DNA of 63,055 nucleotides, filler included, from Circinaria calcarea (taxonomy: Eukaryota), in NCBI GenBank assembly GCA_051942165.1. It is 2 parts of 2 records of this genome, joined end to end, with 100 filler letters (N's around TTAATTAATTAA, not from the genome) between each part and the next. Parts side by side here need not be neighbours in the genome. Positions count along the whole stretch, not along the records: positions 31,774 to 63,055 come from JAVECS010000041.1; 1 more part is not named here. One strand, 5' to 3'. Both the position numbers and the translations under genes were made by a program. Under the pieces are notes generated by a model that was not told the DNA's origin, searched no databases, and saw only the letters and a list, made by a program, of their open reading frames with translations. Positions 37,307-50,500 of the stretch are shown piece by piece (position 1 is the stretch's first letter; each line of letters opens with the position of its first letter).

Positions 37307-39059
37307 ATGACTGTCAAGGAGGAAGAGCCTGTTGCTACCGGGCTGAGCAGCTTCATGAGCTTGACCAGTTTCACTGTCAGCTTTCTCGCATTGGTAAATA
37401 CTTCTTCTTCAGTTAATATCGGCACGTTAGGTCGTCGAACTCATCAGCGTGATAGTATACCTTCTACTGGCTCTGCCGAGCAGTCTATAATGTCTACTTT
37501 CACCCGTTGTCAAATTTTCCGGGTCCGAAGCTGTATGCGGCAACGTTCGTTCCCTACTATTGGGATATGTATACAGGAAACATGTCCACCGTCGCAAAGG
37601 CATTGCATGAGCAGTACGGTGATGCTGTTCGTATAGCGCCGACATCTCTATTGTTCAACACGGCTCAGGCATGGAAAGACATCTATGGCCATCGTCCGGG
37701 CAAAGGGCAGTTACCTAAAGATAGAGACTTCTATTTTGCGCAGAAAGAAGGGCCTTCGATCTTCATCTCCAATGATGCGGACCACAGCCGCATGCGTAGA
37801 TTGCTATCACACTCGTTCTCCGAGAGAGCCTTACAGGAGCAGGCACCTCTCATCAACAAATACTTGGACCTTTTGATTAGTCAATTGCGACAACGGGTGG
37901 AAGGCTGTGCGGCCGGGAAAGTGGATATTGTGATGTGGTGTAAGACTTTCTTATAACTGTCAACTTATCTCGTCCTTTGGCAGTGCTCATGGCTCAAAAT
38001 CGCAGATAACTGTACCACATTCGATATCATTGGTGATCTAGCTTTTGGACAGCCATTCGGAAGTCTGGAGAAGGGCGAGTATCACTTCTGGATCCGGAAT
38101 ATATTCAAGGCTGTGAAGATGACTCAGATGATGAGGATTAGCAATGCCTTTCCAGTCATACGGGTGTATAAGTCCGCCATGGCCCAACTGTATCCAGGGA
38201 GCAGCGAAGCTCGAGCCAAACACGCGAAATACAGCGTGGAGGCTACCGACAAGAGGTTAGCAATGAAGACGCAGAGAAAAGACTTCATGTCGTATATTCT
38301 CCGTTTCAACGATGAGAAAGGTATGTCCGTAGCGGAAATCCGACAAACATCCAAAGTCCTCGTACTTGCAGGCTCGGAAACGACTGCTACCTTGCTTTCT
38401 GGAGCAACCTTTTATCTGTGCCAAAACAGATCTTCACTGGAAATAGTAACTAGAGAAGTCCGAGATACCTATAAGTCCGAGACGGAAATTACACTCAACT
38501 CAATAGCCAAACTGCCCTACCTAAACGCTGTCCTTGAAGAAAGCTTACGGCTGTACCCTCCGGTACCATCCACGCTTCCGAGACGTACTCTACCGTCTGG
38601 CGACACCATTGGCGGTTATGCCGTCCCTGGAGATGTGAGCTGTGCTGTCATTGTAAATGGGGACGAGAATGCTAAGGCAAGCAGATATCGGTGGGAGTCA
38701 ACCAATGGGCGGCCAACCATACCAGTCAGAACTTTCTCGAGCCCGAGCAGTTTATCCCGGAGCGCTGGCTCGATGATGCCAAATACAAGGAAGACAAGCG
38801 AGCGGTCTTGCAACCCTTTTCGCTGGGTCCTCGTGGTTGCTTAGGAGTAAAGTAATTTGGGCACAATCCGCACCGCCTGACAAATGAACTGACTTCAGAC
38901 AGCCTTGCATATGCCGAAATGCGAAGCATCCTCTCGCGTGTCCTCTGGAACTTTGATATGAAGCTGTGCGAGGAGAGCGCTAACTGGACTGATCAGAAAA
39001 CCTTTTTCATGTGGGACAAGCCTGGACTGATGGTTCAGCTGTCGATGCGGGAAAATTAG
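37307..39059 (+). CDS. Cytochrome P450 monooxygenase (CYP65/Tri11-like clan)
   Basis: N-terminal TM, HPLSNFPGP, AGSETTAT (I-helix), EESLRLYPP (ExxR), PERW and PFSLGPRGCLG (heme Cys). Four GT..AG introns restore the frame. Confidence 0.93.
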
Positions 39060-39726
39060 ATGAATAGGATGATATGCATTCGCCGTCTACTTTAAATACC
39101 TTGTATCGTGGTAATACACTGATCTAGATAGGTACTCGATAGATTTTGACGTAGGCTAGATTATTCGTGACCGCAGCAGGCTTATCTCCGGCCAGTGGCT
39201 TTTTATATCCGGTCTTTCCTTCTGCTGCTGCTTTGCCGAGTAGCATCGAAAGCTGGGGAGTTCCAGTGATGGCCTATGGCCTTTGAAATCCGCACTTTGG
39301 CGGCGCGGTGAGGCATCGATGTAAATATATGTCATCGTGCATCCTCGTCGGACAGGCACACCACCACTTCACCCTTAGCCCCACGCATTCCACCCCGGAA
39401 ATAAGATATTCACCAGGTGCAAGACAGACCCTCAGCGATTGATGGTCCGACGAGTGTGGGTGGGGGATCTGGCATCCGATTCCCTCTGTCCCACGTTACA
39501 CAGTATCCTCAGCCCCGAGAGGATAAATACCGAATGCCCTCCTCTTCTTCCTCCTCTCTCTTTCCTCTTCTTTACCTGACATCTTAGTGCACATTCCCCA
39601 TTTTCTGAATCAATCGATCCACGTTCAGACCCTACCAATCCCTCGGGCCAATCCAGCTGTTTCCAGGCTATCTATCTGTCACCTAGACATTGATCGTCAA
39701 TCGGTATCTCCAGCCAGCAAGAAACC

Positions 39727-41026
39727 ATGGCCCAGCACGGTCACAGCGAGGTAGAACCACTTCCCAAATCGCATCTCTTACCCCACTTGCTTTCTCCGCA
39801 TTCTCTAAATCTTCCTCAAGGCATGCTGCAAGACCCCGGTCGCGCAGCACTCCTACAAGGAGACAGGCACCTTTACCGACATCGGCGGACTCAAGACGTG
39901 TAAGCCACTAACCCCTCTTTTAACTCCTTCTCTCCTTCCGTCTGCACTTCACAAATCGGGGGCTTCACGGAGCTAAGGAAGAACTAGACAAAACCGGTGA
40001 TGAGAGCGCCACTTCTGCTATCCTCATCATCTACGACATCTTCGGCTTCGCACCCCAATTGCTACAGGTAATCTTTGCCTCTGTGCTACACACCCTTCCC
40101 GCCAGAATACCGCAACCCTTCAATCTTATCCACTCCGTCGGGGCCATTACTAAGGACCTTCATAGGGCGCCGACATCCTTGCTACCCACGGCAAAACCCC
40201 TTACCAAGTCTTCGTCCCCGATTTCCTCAACGGCCAGTACGCAGATCACACTTGGTTTCCGACCGACACCGCCGAAAAAGGCCAAGCTCTCGGCGCCTAC
40301 TTCCAGGGTCCTGCCGCGCCCGGTCCAGCAGCGGCCAAGGTGCCTACTCTGGTGAAGGAAATCACGGAGAAGTCGGGGGGCAAAATCAAGAAATGGGCCA
40401 GTGTCGGCATGTGCTGGGGCGGGAAGGTCAGTTGTGTTCTTTTTTTCCGCCATCACCCACCGTTATTTCACCCCTTCGTGCCCACTTCTCGGAATATTCC
40501 GTCTTTTTCTAAACACTCTCTAGATTGTTTCCTTTACCTCCGGATCCGACAGTCCCTTCTCCGCCGTGTCTGAGGTCCATCCGGCAATGATCGATGCCGC
40601 CGACGCGGCCCTAGTCGCGCGACCGATCTGTATCCTTGCCTCGGGCGACGAATCAGCCGAGGACGTCCAGAAATTCGGAGAAGCGCTCAAAGTCCCGTCG
40701 CACGTAGAGACGTTCAAGGACCAAGTTCACGGATGGATGGCCGCACGGTAAGTATATATAGAATCCCCTCCCACCCCCTCCGAAAAGTAAAAACGGGGGG
40801 GGGGAAGAGTAGAACAGTAAACATAGCGGGGAAAACCGAGCGAGCTGCTGACTGATTCGTTCTTTCCGGCAGCGGTGATCTCCAGAATCCCAGAAACAAA
40901 GCCGAATATGAGCGCGGATACCAAACCTTGCTCGAGTTCTTGTAAGTCCTACGCCCTTGAACCCCCAGACCGCTGCCGACCGATCCCTGACCACAAAATC
41001 CTCGACGCAGCGCCAAACACTTGTAA
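39727..41026 (+). CDS. Dienelactone hydrolase family protein
   Basis: MAQHGHSE|ACC start, IIYDIFG, GMCWGG nucleophile-Cys motif, HPAM, QVHGWMAAR, ending FAKHL*. Many short exons. Confidence 0.88.
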
Positions 41027-41511
41027 GGCTTTGGGAAACTCTGTGTTTCCGGCTCGTTTATCTGCACCGAGGCAAGGCAGGCACATGGTTGGCGTAGAAC
41101 ACTTTCATCACCCAAAGCTGGCACATCAATCCCCCTTCCCCCGCGGTAAAGAGTCGGGCGAACATATGGCAGTGAAAACTTTCCCGGGGGCGGGACTTTC
41201 ATAACCATTGCGCTAGAATAGGATGTGGCTGCGTTATATTCAAAATATAGCTACTTTATTCCATACTACCCGGTCAAACCTATGCGAAACGATAAGGATG
41301 CAATCGCAAATTGACGCCCAAAATATCAAAATTAAAAGCAGCATTAGGGTTTTTCTTAGTTCCTCCGCTGACTGCCGAGCTCATGCGTAGATAGCAGAAC
41401 ACCACCGTATACCAAAATCAGTAAAAAACCAGTAGCCCAATCCCTTCCGACCGAGAACTAAAGGAGTGATAGGGAAAAGAAATTAAATCATCGCAACCCC
41501 CGGTTGCGTTT

Positions 41512-42585
41512 CTAGGAGGCGTAGGAGGCGGAAAGATTGACCCTGCTCACCCTGCCGCCCTGAGTGAAGTTTCGCGTAATGTAGGCCTCAATGCCGCCGG
41601 TGGAGGTGACATATAAGCTCTGCTGATCGCTCTGTCTCCGCCCGAACTGTGCGCTGGTCGGACCCAAGAGGTCCGAGGTCGAACTCCCGTCACCGGCGAG
41701 CACTTGCGCACTGCCCGGTGTCGGCGATCTCAGCGTGACAAGTTTGTTATTCTGCTGAGCAACGTAGAAGCTACCGAAAGGGTCCGAGGTAAAATCGTCA
41801 CCCGGGACGCTGGTGGCAAGGGTAACGGCGGGGCCAGCAGCAGTCCCGTCAGCCTTCAGAGGGATACGGACAAAGATTGCCTGGTTACTGTTGGTGAAGT
41901 AGAGATTTCCATTGAAGACTCTGAGACCGTTGATACCGATCGGGGCGACAGCGGAATTAGGCGCCATAGTCGGATCTTGAATGACGATCTGCTTGGCACC
42001 AGAGCTGATGCTCAATTTCCAAACGGCGCCAGCTTGGGAATCAGCGATGAGAAGGTTGGAGCTGTCGAGAAGGGTTATGCCATTGAAAAACTGGCTATTC
42101 CCGAAGCTGGCAATGTGGTTGACCACCGGCTTCTGGGTAGCGGAGAAATTGATCATCTGGATCTGGAAGACGTCATATGAGCCTGGCGTGGATTGAAAAG
42201 TCTGAGTGGAATAATTTCCCGCGATGACATAAAAGACATCGGGAGCGCCTTCGACAATACCGAGACAGCCTAGATGGCCGGGAAATCGATAGACTTGGAT
42301 TGCCGCTGAGGCTCCAGCAGGATCGACCTGGTAGACGTCTGGGCTGGTCAACAGCGTCACGAGGACCTCTCCGCTCGGTCTGACAGCGAGATTCTCAACC
42401 CAGGTGTCCTTGGGAAACTCGTAGATGACACCAACAGGGAGGTTAGCAGTGCTCGCGCCTGTTGTAGCTTGGCGGGAGTTGATGTTCTGTAGGGATACTC
42501 CTCGATCGGTAGGCAAGGCGAGAGTGAGTCTGAGGATGGAGAGCAGGAGCAGAGTGGATGTTCTAAATAAGGCGAAGAGCTGCAT
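41512..42585 (-). CDS. Secreted six-bladed beta-propeller (SMP-30/gluconolactonase-like)
   Basis: Intronless. Signal peptide MQLFALFRTSTLLLLSILRLTLA, then WVENLAVRPSG, FFNGIT, LIADS, GINGLR, LYFTNS, GDDF and GPTSAQFGR repeats. Confidence 0.8.
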   Translation of the reverse strand: MQLFALFRTSTLLLLSILRLTLALPTDRGVSLQNINSRQATTGASTANLPVGVIYEFPKDTWVENLAVRPSGEVLVTLLTSPDVYQVDPAGASAAIQVYRFPGHLGCLGIVEGAPDVFYVIAGNYSTQTFQSTPGSYDVFQIQMINFSATQKPVVNHIASFGNSQFFNGITLLDSSNLLIADSQAGAVWKLSISSGAKQIVIQDPTMAPNSAVAPIGINGLRVFNGNLYFTNSNQAIFVRIPLKADGTAAGPAVTLATSVPGDDFTSDPFGSFYVAQQNNKLVTLRSPTPGSAQVLAGDGSSTSDLLGPTSAQFGRRQSDQQSLYVTSTGGIEAYITRNFTQGGRVSRVNLSASYAS

Positions 42586-44562
42586 GCTGCAACCACTTGG
42601 ATTTGGGAATTGGAGATAATTCACGCTCTGTAGGATAAGAAAGTGATCAAAGTATAGCTTGAGGAGCGGAAAAGAATGCAGGGAAAAGATACAGAAACGA
42701 GGTTTTGTGCTGAGAGAGATGGGTTCTATTTATACGAAAGATATAAAAATTCTCAGTCATAGCTGCGACCGAAAAAGGGTTAGATCTAGATCTGTGTAGT
42801 CCAGAAACGGTTTTCTGTAGGCCCAGAAATAAGGATCGTGTGTCATAGCAGTTGGAGCTAGAGGCTCTGAAATACGGGCTGGACAATATCTACTCAGATC
42901 CTTGTCAGACGATGTTCATGGCGGATTGGTTAGTAGCAAGTCGGAAGGTGCCTGTTCGGTCAGCTAAGACTCGACCCAGCCAGTGAAAGGGAGCGGGAGC
43001 CATGATCAGAAACCCTTCAAGTTTCGAGCCCAGGCCAGAGTGGGCGATGAGAGGTTCAAAGTTGGTGCAAATGGCCGAGGTCTTCAATCCTACACTAGAT
43101 GCCTTGATGGTGCTGGAAGGGGAGGCGAGATAAGGTGCAGCCTAAGCCTTCTGTCCCCTATGGGGTCCATGTCATGCCGTGCAATAGGGAATAAAACCGC
43201 GAGTTTCTTGCTATAGGTATCGCCATTTTCATCAGTGGCTGTCTCCGAGATTGGTCAAGATACGAACTGGACAGGAGGACCTAATGAACTCGGGAAATCA
43301 TTTCAAGTACTTTTAAACTGCGTCTTCTCCACGCGCGCTGCTGTGCGGGTTGAGGTACAAATGTCCCACTTACCGTGGTATTGGGAGATACTCTCAGCGA
43401 AGTGAGCCTTGCGTAGCCTGTTGAAAGATGGAAGAATGGGCGTCACTTCCAGTGTCGTGGCGTGCTCAGCTTCAGCTGTGATGATCTTTGGTGCCGTGCC
43501 ATCCTGATCCAGCCGGATACAACATCCAAGTCAGCCTGTCATCTAATATTGTTGGTCCCAGGCCTATGGCCGGCCACGAGGTGGTGAAGCCGATCTGTGC
43601 CCGGCTAGGAGAATTACCTTCATCCGGCGTCTGGAGGCTTAAGCAGACAACGCCATGGCAGTGGCATGGTTCGCAAATGGAACATCGACAGCCCCTGTGG
43701 TTGTTGGTGGTGGAGTGCAAGGAGGATGAAACAGAGTGACTCCGAAATGAATTGCGAAAGTAATCACTCGGGCGTGAAGCGTTGCACTTGTCTCAGAAGT
43801 TCAGACTGCTTTTGCTTCGCTGCCGCGTATTTCTCGGAATGGCTGTATGTAGTTAGTAGATGCTAAAATAGCGTGCGCGCGAAAAAAAAAAGGGTTATGT
43901 AATATCGGATCGGAATAACCTTTTTTACGCGGAGCTAGTACGAAAGAAGTCTGAGGCCTCCGGAGTTTACGGAGGTGGCACTGAGGCAAGCGTTGCACCC
44001 CGTTAGCACGCTTCTCGATCACCCCCCATGTTTTCAGCACCAAGCAGGTATGATTCTAGTAAAAAGGGCGGGGGATATTAACTTTTTTCTTTGGTATATA
44101 TTCAAGTTTCTCGGATATGTCTATGAAGGAAAGTGTGGTCCGGCCTTGCTGTATGGTAATTCTGCCGGGAAAACCCACGTCAGCCATCACTTCCTCGGGG
44201 GACCACGTTGCCCGCGTATTATATAGCACGCTATTCGACCGGGCACATTCCTACAATTACAACCTTTGTCATCGTCAAGAGACTCGAATATGCCACAGGT
44301 CGAGCATTTCAATTCATCAGCGCTAAGCAGGTGCAGTAGAGTGGGCAAGGAAGCCATGGCTGGAAAGCTGCTGGAGGATTCCTTTAGATTTACTGGTCCC
44401 GCCCCAGAGGCCTTTGCTTCCATACTGTTTAGCACGTGAGTGGTGAGTAATTAAGACGAATCATTTTGAGCACGAGATGAGAAAACACGGGAGACTTTGG
44501 TCTAGCCATGTAGAAAGGGAACGAACCATCATTCTAAAGATTAAGGCCACCTGTAGTCATTG

Positions 44563-47500
44563 TCAGCCTCCCTTGGCCGATTCGAGAATGGCCGCGTCGA
44601 CAAGCTTAGACTTCCTCACAATCTTGGTCGATAGCTGAAGCAAGGAGTCGTTCGCCAGCAGCTCGAGAATAGAGATCGTGCTATCCATCTCACGGAAAAG
44701 CCAATTGCGCATCTCCACCGCGACCAGGGAATCGATACCATGCCCAGACATTGGCCTGGCCGCGTTAATATCGTCCAATGGAATCATCAAAAGCGACGAC
44801 ATCTTAGCGATGATGCACGCGCACACGGTCTTGGCCGCCTCCTCGACAGATGTCGCCTGCCGCAAGGCATCCCGCCCTTTTCCAGCCAGATTACCTTCCC
44901 CACTCTCGGTCCGTTCGTTCTTGAGAGCCATTCTCCGGAAGTGTGAAAACATAGGGGACGCAAAGACCGGTTGGAATCCATCGGCTCTCCAAGTGCCAAG
45001 CCCGGTCACCGTCTGTCCTGATCTCCCCGCCCGTAGAGGAGTAATTATAGCGGACTTCAGCATTGCCATCAGCTCTGCTTCGCGGATCCCCTCAAACTGA
45101 AGCTTCTTTAGGCTCTCCATTACCTTTTCGTTCTCGGCTACATAACCCACGTCTAGGATGACACCGAGATCCAGAGTCACAGCAGGCATCCCCAGGCCAT
45201 TTCGGTAATCTGCGAAAGCATCCAGGAAGGTTGACGCAGCTGCATAAGCCGCCTGGCTAGCGTTTCCGAGAATACCGCTGGTGGAAGAAAGCATGATGAA
45301 GAAGTCGAGATCTGTTTTCGAAAGCTTATTGTGGAGATTCCAAGTACCTTGGACTTTAGGTCGAATAGCTTCCATGTAGTTTTCCAGAGTCATATTCGAG
45401 AACAGTGAATCCTAATTTCCTTAGCCTCGTCATACCAACCAAGCCATGGTCTAAACTTACTCGAAGGACCATTGCACCCTGAATTACTCCCCGAATTGCT
45501 GGCATGGTCTTGGAGCTTTCGGCAATCAGATGATCGAGCTCCTCACCCTTGCTGATATCACAGCTGAAGACGGCCACGCGAGCGCCTTCAGCTTCCAATT
45601 GGGCTACAACATCCTTCGCGGCTTGCTTGACAAGACCGCTACGAGATGCGAATATCAGATTTTTGGCTCCATGTCGCATCATCCATCCTGCTACTGCGCG
45701 GCCAATACCCCCGAGTCCTCCAACTAGGAGGTACGAAGCATCCGCTTGAAGGAGTTTGTAGCTGATGTCTTGTGGTATTGCCTGCAGTGGTTAGCTCAAA
45801 GTCACGAGGGCGAAATGTCTCTTACCTGAATCATGTCTTCCGGATCGGCAATTAGGACTAGCTTGCCAAGGTGTTTTCCAGTTTGCATCGTGCGTAAAGC
45901 CTTCTCGGCTTCAGACATCTTGTAAAGAGTAATGGGCTGCGGAGGCCTGACAGCTCCGCTTCGGATCAGTTCTATAACCTCGGCCCACATCTTCAATGTT
46001 TCAAGTGGCCTTTCATCGCATAGTCCAATGAAGTCAACGCATGCGAAGGTAACGTTCCTGGCGAACCGTGCCATTTCCAGTCGCGTGTTGACTACAAAGT
46101 CTCGTTTACCAAGCTCGATAAATCGTCCGAAAGGTGCAATACAGTCCCACGTTAGTCGGAGTTGATCGCCGGCAACGGAATTCATAATAACGTCTATCCC
46201 TTTATCCTTCGTGGTCCTTAGGATGCCCTTGGCGAATGAGCTGTCACGACTTGAGAAGATATGATCTTCAGGAATTTTATAAGTCTTCATTAGGAATTCC
46301 TTTTTCTCCATAGTCCCAACCGTTGCAAAGATTTCTGCCCCAATCATCTGACAGAGCATGATCATCGCTTGGCCGAGGCCACCTGATGCTGCGTGTACCA
46401 GTACCGTTTCACCTTTCTGCACGCGAGCCACTTTGAAGATAGAGTGATAAGCGGTGCAGTATATGATGGGAAGGGTTGTCCCAACCTCAAACGACATATT
46501 GTCCGGAAGCCTCTGTACTGCTTCGGCTTTTTGGCGGACATAGCTTGAGAAGGTACCATACCCATAGGTAACCACCCGATCTCCAACGTTGTGGCCAGTG
46601 ACGGACTTTCCGATTGCGGTGACAATCCCACTACATTCACCTCCAAGGGGCTCGACCTTAATTTGGCCCATGGCCATCATGACATCTCGAAAATTAAGAC
46701 CTGCTGCTTTGATCTTAACTTCCACGGAATCGTTTTCCAGTGGCAACAACATCCTTGCATCGTCGATGAAGTGAATAGTATCCAGGAGTCCAGGAGTTCC
46801 GATTTCCATGGCCAGTGCACGGCCGTGTTGACCGAATGGCTGATTTGTTGGAACGGCGACTCGAATCGTCGAAGATACAAAGGCATTCAAGGCTCTGTCT
46901 TCAAGAATCCGTGGAACCATGAGATGGCCATCTCTCTCGGCGTACTCTGTTTCAGAAAGATTACCTCCCTTGCCTTCTAAGCCAAAATTCGCTTTGAACA
47001 ACTGGAAGACCATCTCTGCTGCGGATTTGCTTGGCAGGGTATTTTGAGAATCGAGATCTAAAGTTATTATTGGAGTGCCACCATTTTCGGACCTCGCGGT
47101 CCGAGCCAGTCCAGTGATAAGATTGGAGAGCGGTGTGTCAGATGCGATGGTAGCGCCTTTGATGACCCACAAGATGCCTTCCCCTTTAAGGAGTACATTC
47201 TTTATGTTATCAAACTGGCCTGAAGATGGATCAGATAGAACAGATTGTGTCAATTCATTTAACACAATACAAACACGACCTGATGGTTTGGCCTTAGCTA
47301 GCGTTGTGATAGTTGTAGTAACATCCGATTCCTTTAAAAGCTCTTGCAGATAGTCGAGATTAACAGGGGATGAGTTTCCGTCAACGATGATTGTTACCTC
47401 TGGATACTTTCTTGGAGTCGTAACTGTCGCTCTGGAGATAATCATGGATCCTTGGTGTTCGGCTTCGTTAATATTGTCCCAAACAGCGGCATCGACTCCG

Positions 47501-50500
47501 GAGTATCCTGTCTCCTTTAGCAAGACATCCCATTCTTGTTCAGTCAACGTAGGTCCTTTCTGCCGAGTCTCCTCTTCCCCTGAGAACTATCAGCAAATAA
47601 TTATGAGACGGGAAATGTGCAACTAACCTGCCCACCACCCGGGAAGGGTACCGAATATAGTGGAAAGAACCATTCTTTCTCTGGTCAACTCGACCAGGAT
47701 TAGTCTTGCTCCGGGTTTAAGAAGCTTTCGTACATGGGCCATGATTTTGTTCATGGAACTGGTGGCGTGAAGAACGTTGGCAGCAATCACAACATCATAA
47801 GACTCCGACTTGAATCCCTGATCCACCGGATCCACTTCCACATCCAGCTTCCGAAACGTGATGAGATTGCCCCACGCCGCGGTTTTCGATCTGGCAGTCT
47901 CAAAAAATCCACTCGAAATATCTGTGAACTCGTAGTTAGTGAATCGAGGCAATTCGCCATTCGCACCCCCCAAAGCCTTCAGTATTGGCATCGTCGCACC
48001 TCCAGTCCCGGCGCCTATTTCAAGAATGTTCAAATGTGGATTCTTATGAGCTAGCATGTTGATATAAGCAGCCGCGTATTGGTAATTGCGGCTCATTCTG
48101 CTGTTGTTCGCATAGTAGTTGTCCAGCCTATTCTCCTCAACCATCAAAGAGAGTGGTTCGATCTCCTTCCTTAATATGGCAGGCAGATTCTGACCGATAT
48201 GACATAGAAGGTTGCCCTCGTCTGACGACAAGCGAACCCGGTCAAGTACCTCGACTTTTCCAGCATCACTTTCATTGAGCCATTCAGAGGTTGAATAGCC
48301 GAGTGAGCCTTCCTTTACCGCGTTGCAGAAAACTTCCATGCATGTGTAAAGCTTTTTATGATGATTATGCATTTTTGCAATCTCAGTAGAAGGAACAAGC
48401 TTTAGGGCGCGTTCCATGTAGTAAAAGCCGGCTTGCTCCAATGCTCGAATCATACCTGCGTCGTCTAAGGGAGCCAGTATGCCACTGCAGATTGCGCCGA
48501 TATCTTTCGAAGAGAGGAAGTCGGCATCTTGCTCCCAGTGCATAGCAAAGCATAGCTTGCGCCCTTCTTGCAGATCTTCACCTCTCACATCTTTTGTCAG
48601 CGCAGTACAAACTAACCCTGTTATCGTGATCATCGGCTCGCAATCACCTTGGTGCGTATTCATAACCGACATAGTGGTACTGTGTTGCCGAAAATCCTTC
48701 TTCTCACTTTTCGCATAGACGACAAATTCCTTTCCGGGTTCATTACTGATCTTCATCGAGACGAAGAGCTCTTCAATATAGGTTGGTACCATGGGCGCGG
48801 TGATAGGTCCTTGTCCTTCGGCGATTGCAACGAATAAGGGATGGAAGCAACTATCGAGAGTCGCAGGATGTAAAATATAAGGAAACTGAAAATTCATGGG
48901 CATCACAGATGCCGTGTCTGGTACAGTGATCTTGGCTACACATGAATTGGGGGATGCGTAAGCCGTGCCCATGTTTGCAAAAGTAGGGCCATAGTCAAGG
49001 CCAATAGCCCTCAAACTCTCGTAAAGTTCCTTTGTGTCAATTTCAGTCTTACACTTAGCCTCCGCGTGGACCATTGTCTCCTTGTATATTTCAGCTTCTT
49101 CTTTGCAGTATCGAGTTCCATTAACTTCGCTTGGATTGGCAATTTTCTGGATTGATATCAGACCGCGGCAATGCTCCATCCAGTTATCATCCTCGGTAAC
49201 TGAAAAGATGCAAAACTCATCCCAAAGATCAGACGGCGCTCGAACGCTTTCATTGAAAGGCCTTAGGGTAACCATGGTCTCCATCTCAGGCTGATAATCG
49301 GGTATCAACAACGCCTGGCCAATCGTCACCTCACGAAGTGTGAATCCTGATATCTGCGCTCCTCGGTCAATGGCACGCTGATGTGCAGCTTCAATTGCCA
49401 TGGTGACAAAGCCTGCAGCTGGATATACCATGCTGGCTTGCACTTTATGATCTCTCACCCAGGGTATTTCCGCGGGCCGAATGATATTCCGCCAACGTGG
49501 TTCCAGAGGATTCGAGTTGCGGTCCAATACACCTAGGAGATCATTCCGTGGGTGCTTCCTGTTACGATATGTCCGGCTAATTCGAGACTCAGCCCATAAG
49601 GGGGTCGAATGATTCCATGCATAGGGTGGTAGATCGACCAATGCTATCTTACTCTCATTTCCGAATGGACGATTCACAGTGGCAGTATTGACGATAAGCC
49701 CCTTTTGAATGAGATGGCACACTAGCTCTTGGGAGGTTGTGACCGCACTCGTGTTTCTTTTGAGAGCGGAAACGTAGCTTATAGCAGCGTCTCTTAGCTT
49801 AGCTTCAGCTCCCAGTATTTGTTTGATCGGACCTGCAAGCGCAGAATGCGGTCCGATCTCAACCAGTACATCAACTGCGGCGCCAGCAGCCCTCTTGCGT
49901 CGTTTCTTGCCAACAGATGATCCAAGACAGAGGTTGCGCAGGGAATCCGAAAACCTGACTTGTCCGACCATATTGGAGACCCAATATTCAGCATCTAAAC
50001 TCGAGGAATCGAGGCGGTCGCCAGTCACGGACGAGTAGAACTCAACTTGCTCTGGTGATTGAAGCTGGAGGCCAGCCAATAATGCTCTGTAGTCATCCGC
50101 GACAAGCTCCATATGATGGGAATGATAAGCAGTGTCAACAGCTAGCTTCCGAGCAAAGATCTTCTTACCCTCAAGCACCATTTGAAGCTCAGAAACAGCA
50201 GCTTCATCGCCAGAGATTGTGACGCTAGAGGGACTGTTTTCGCAAGCAACCTTAGCTATGCCCTGAGTCAATCCGGCAATAAGAACTTCTGCTTCGTTCT
50301 TGGAAGTCCCAACGGCCATCATTGCCCCGCGAGAAGCTGATCGTTTCTGGATTTGGGTCGTGACAATACCCCGATAATAAGAGATAGACATGGCAGACTC
50401 TAAGGTTAAAGCACCTATAGCGTATGCTGCTGCAATCTCGCCAGAGGAATGACCTGTCACCACTGCAGGTCTGATATTCCAAGATATCAAGAGGTCCACC

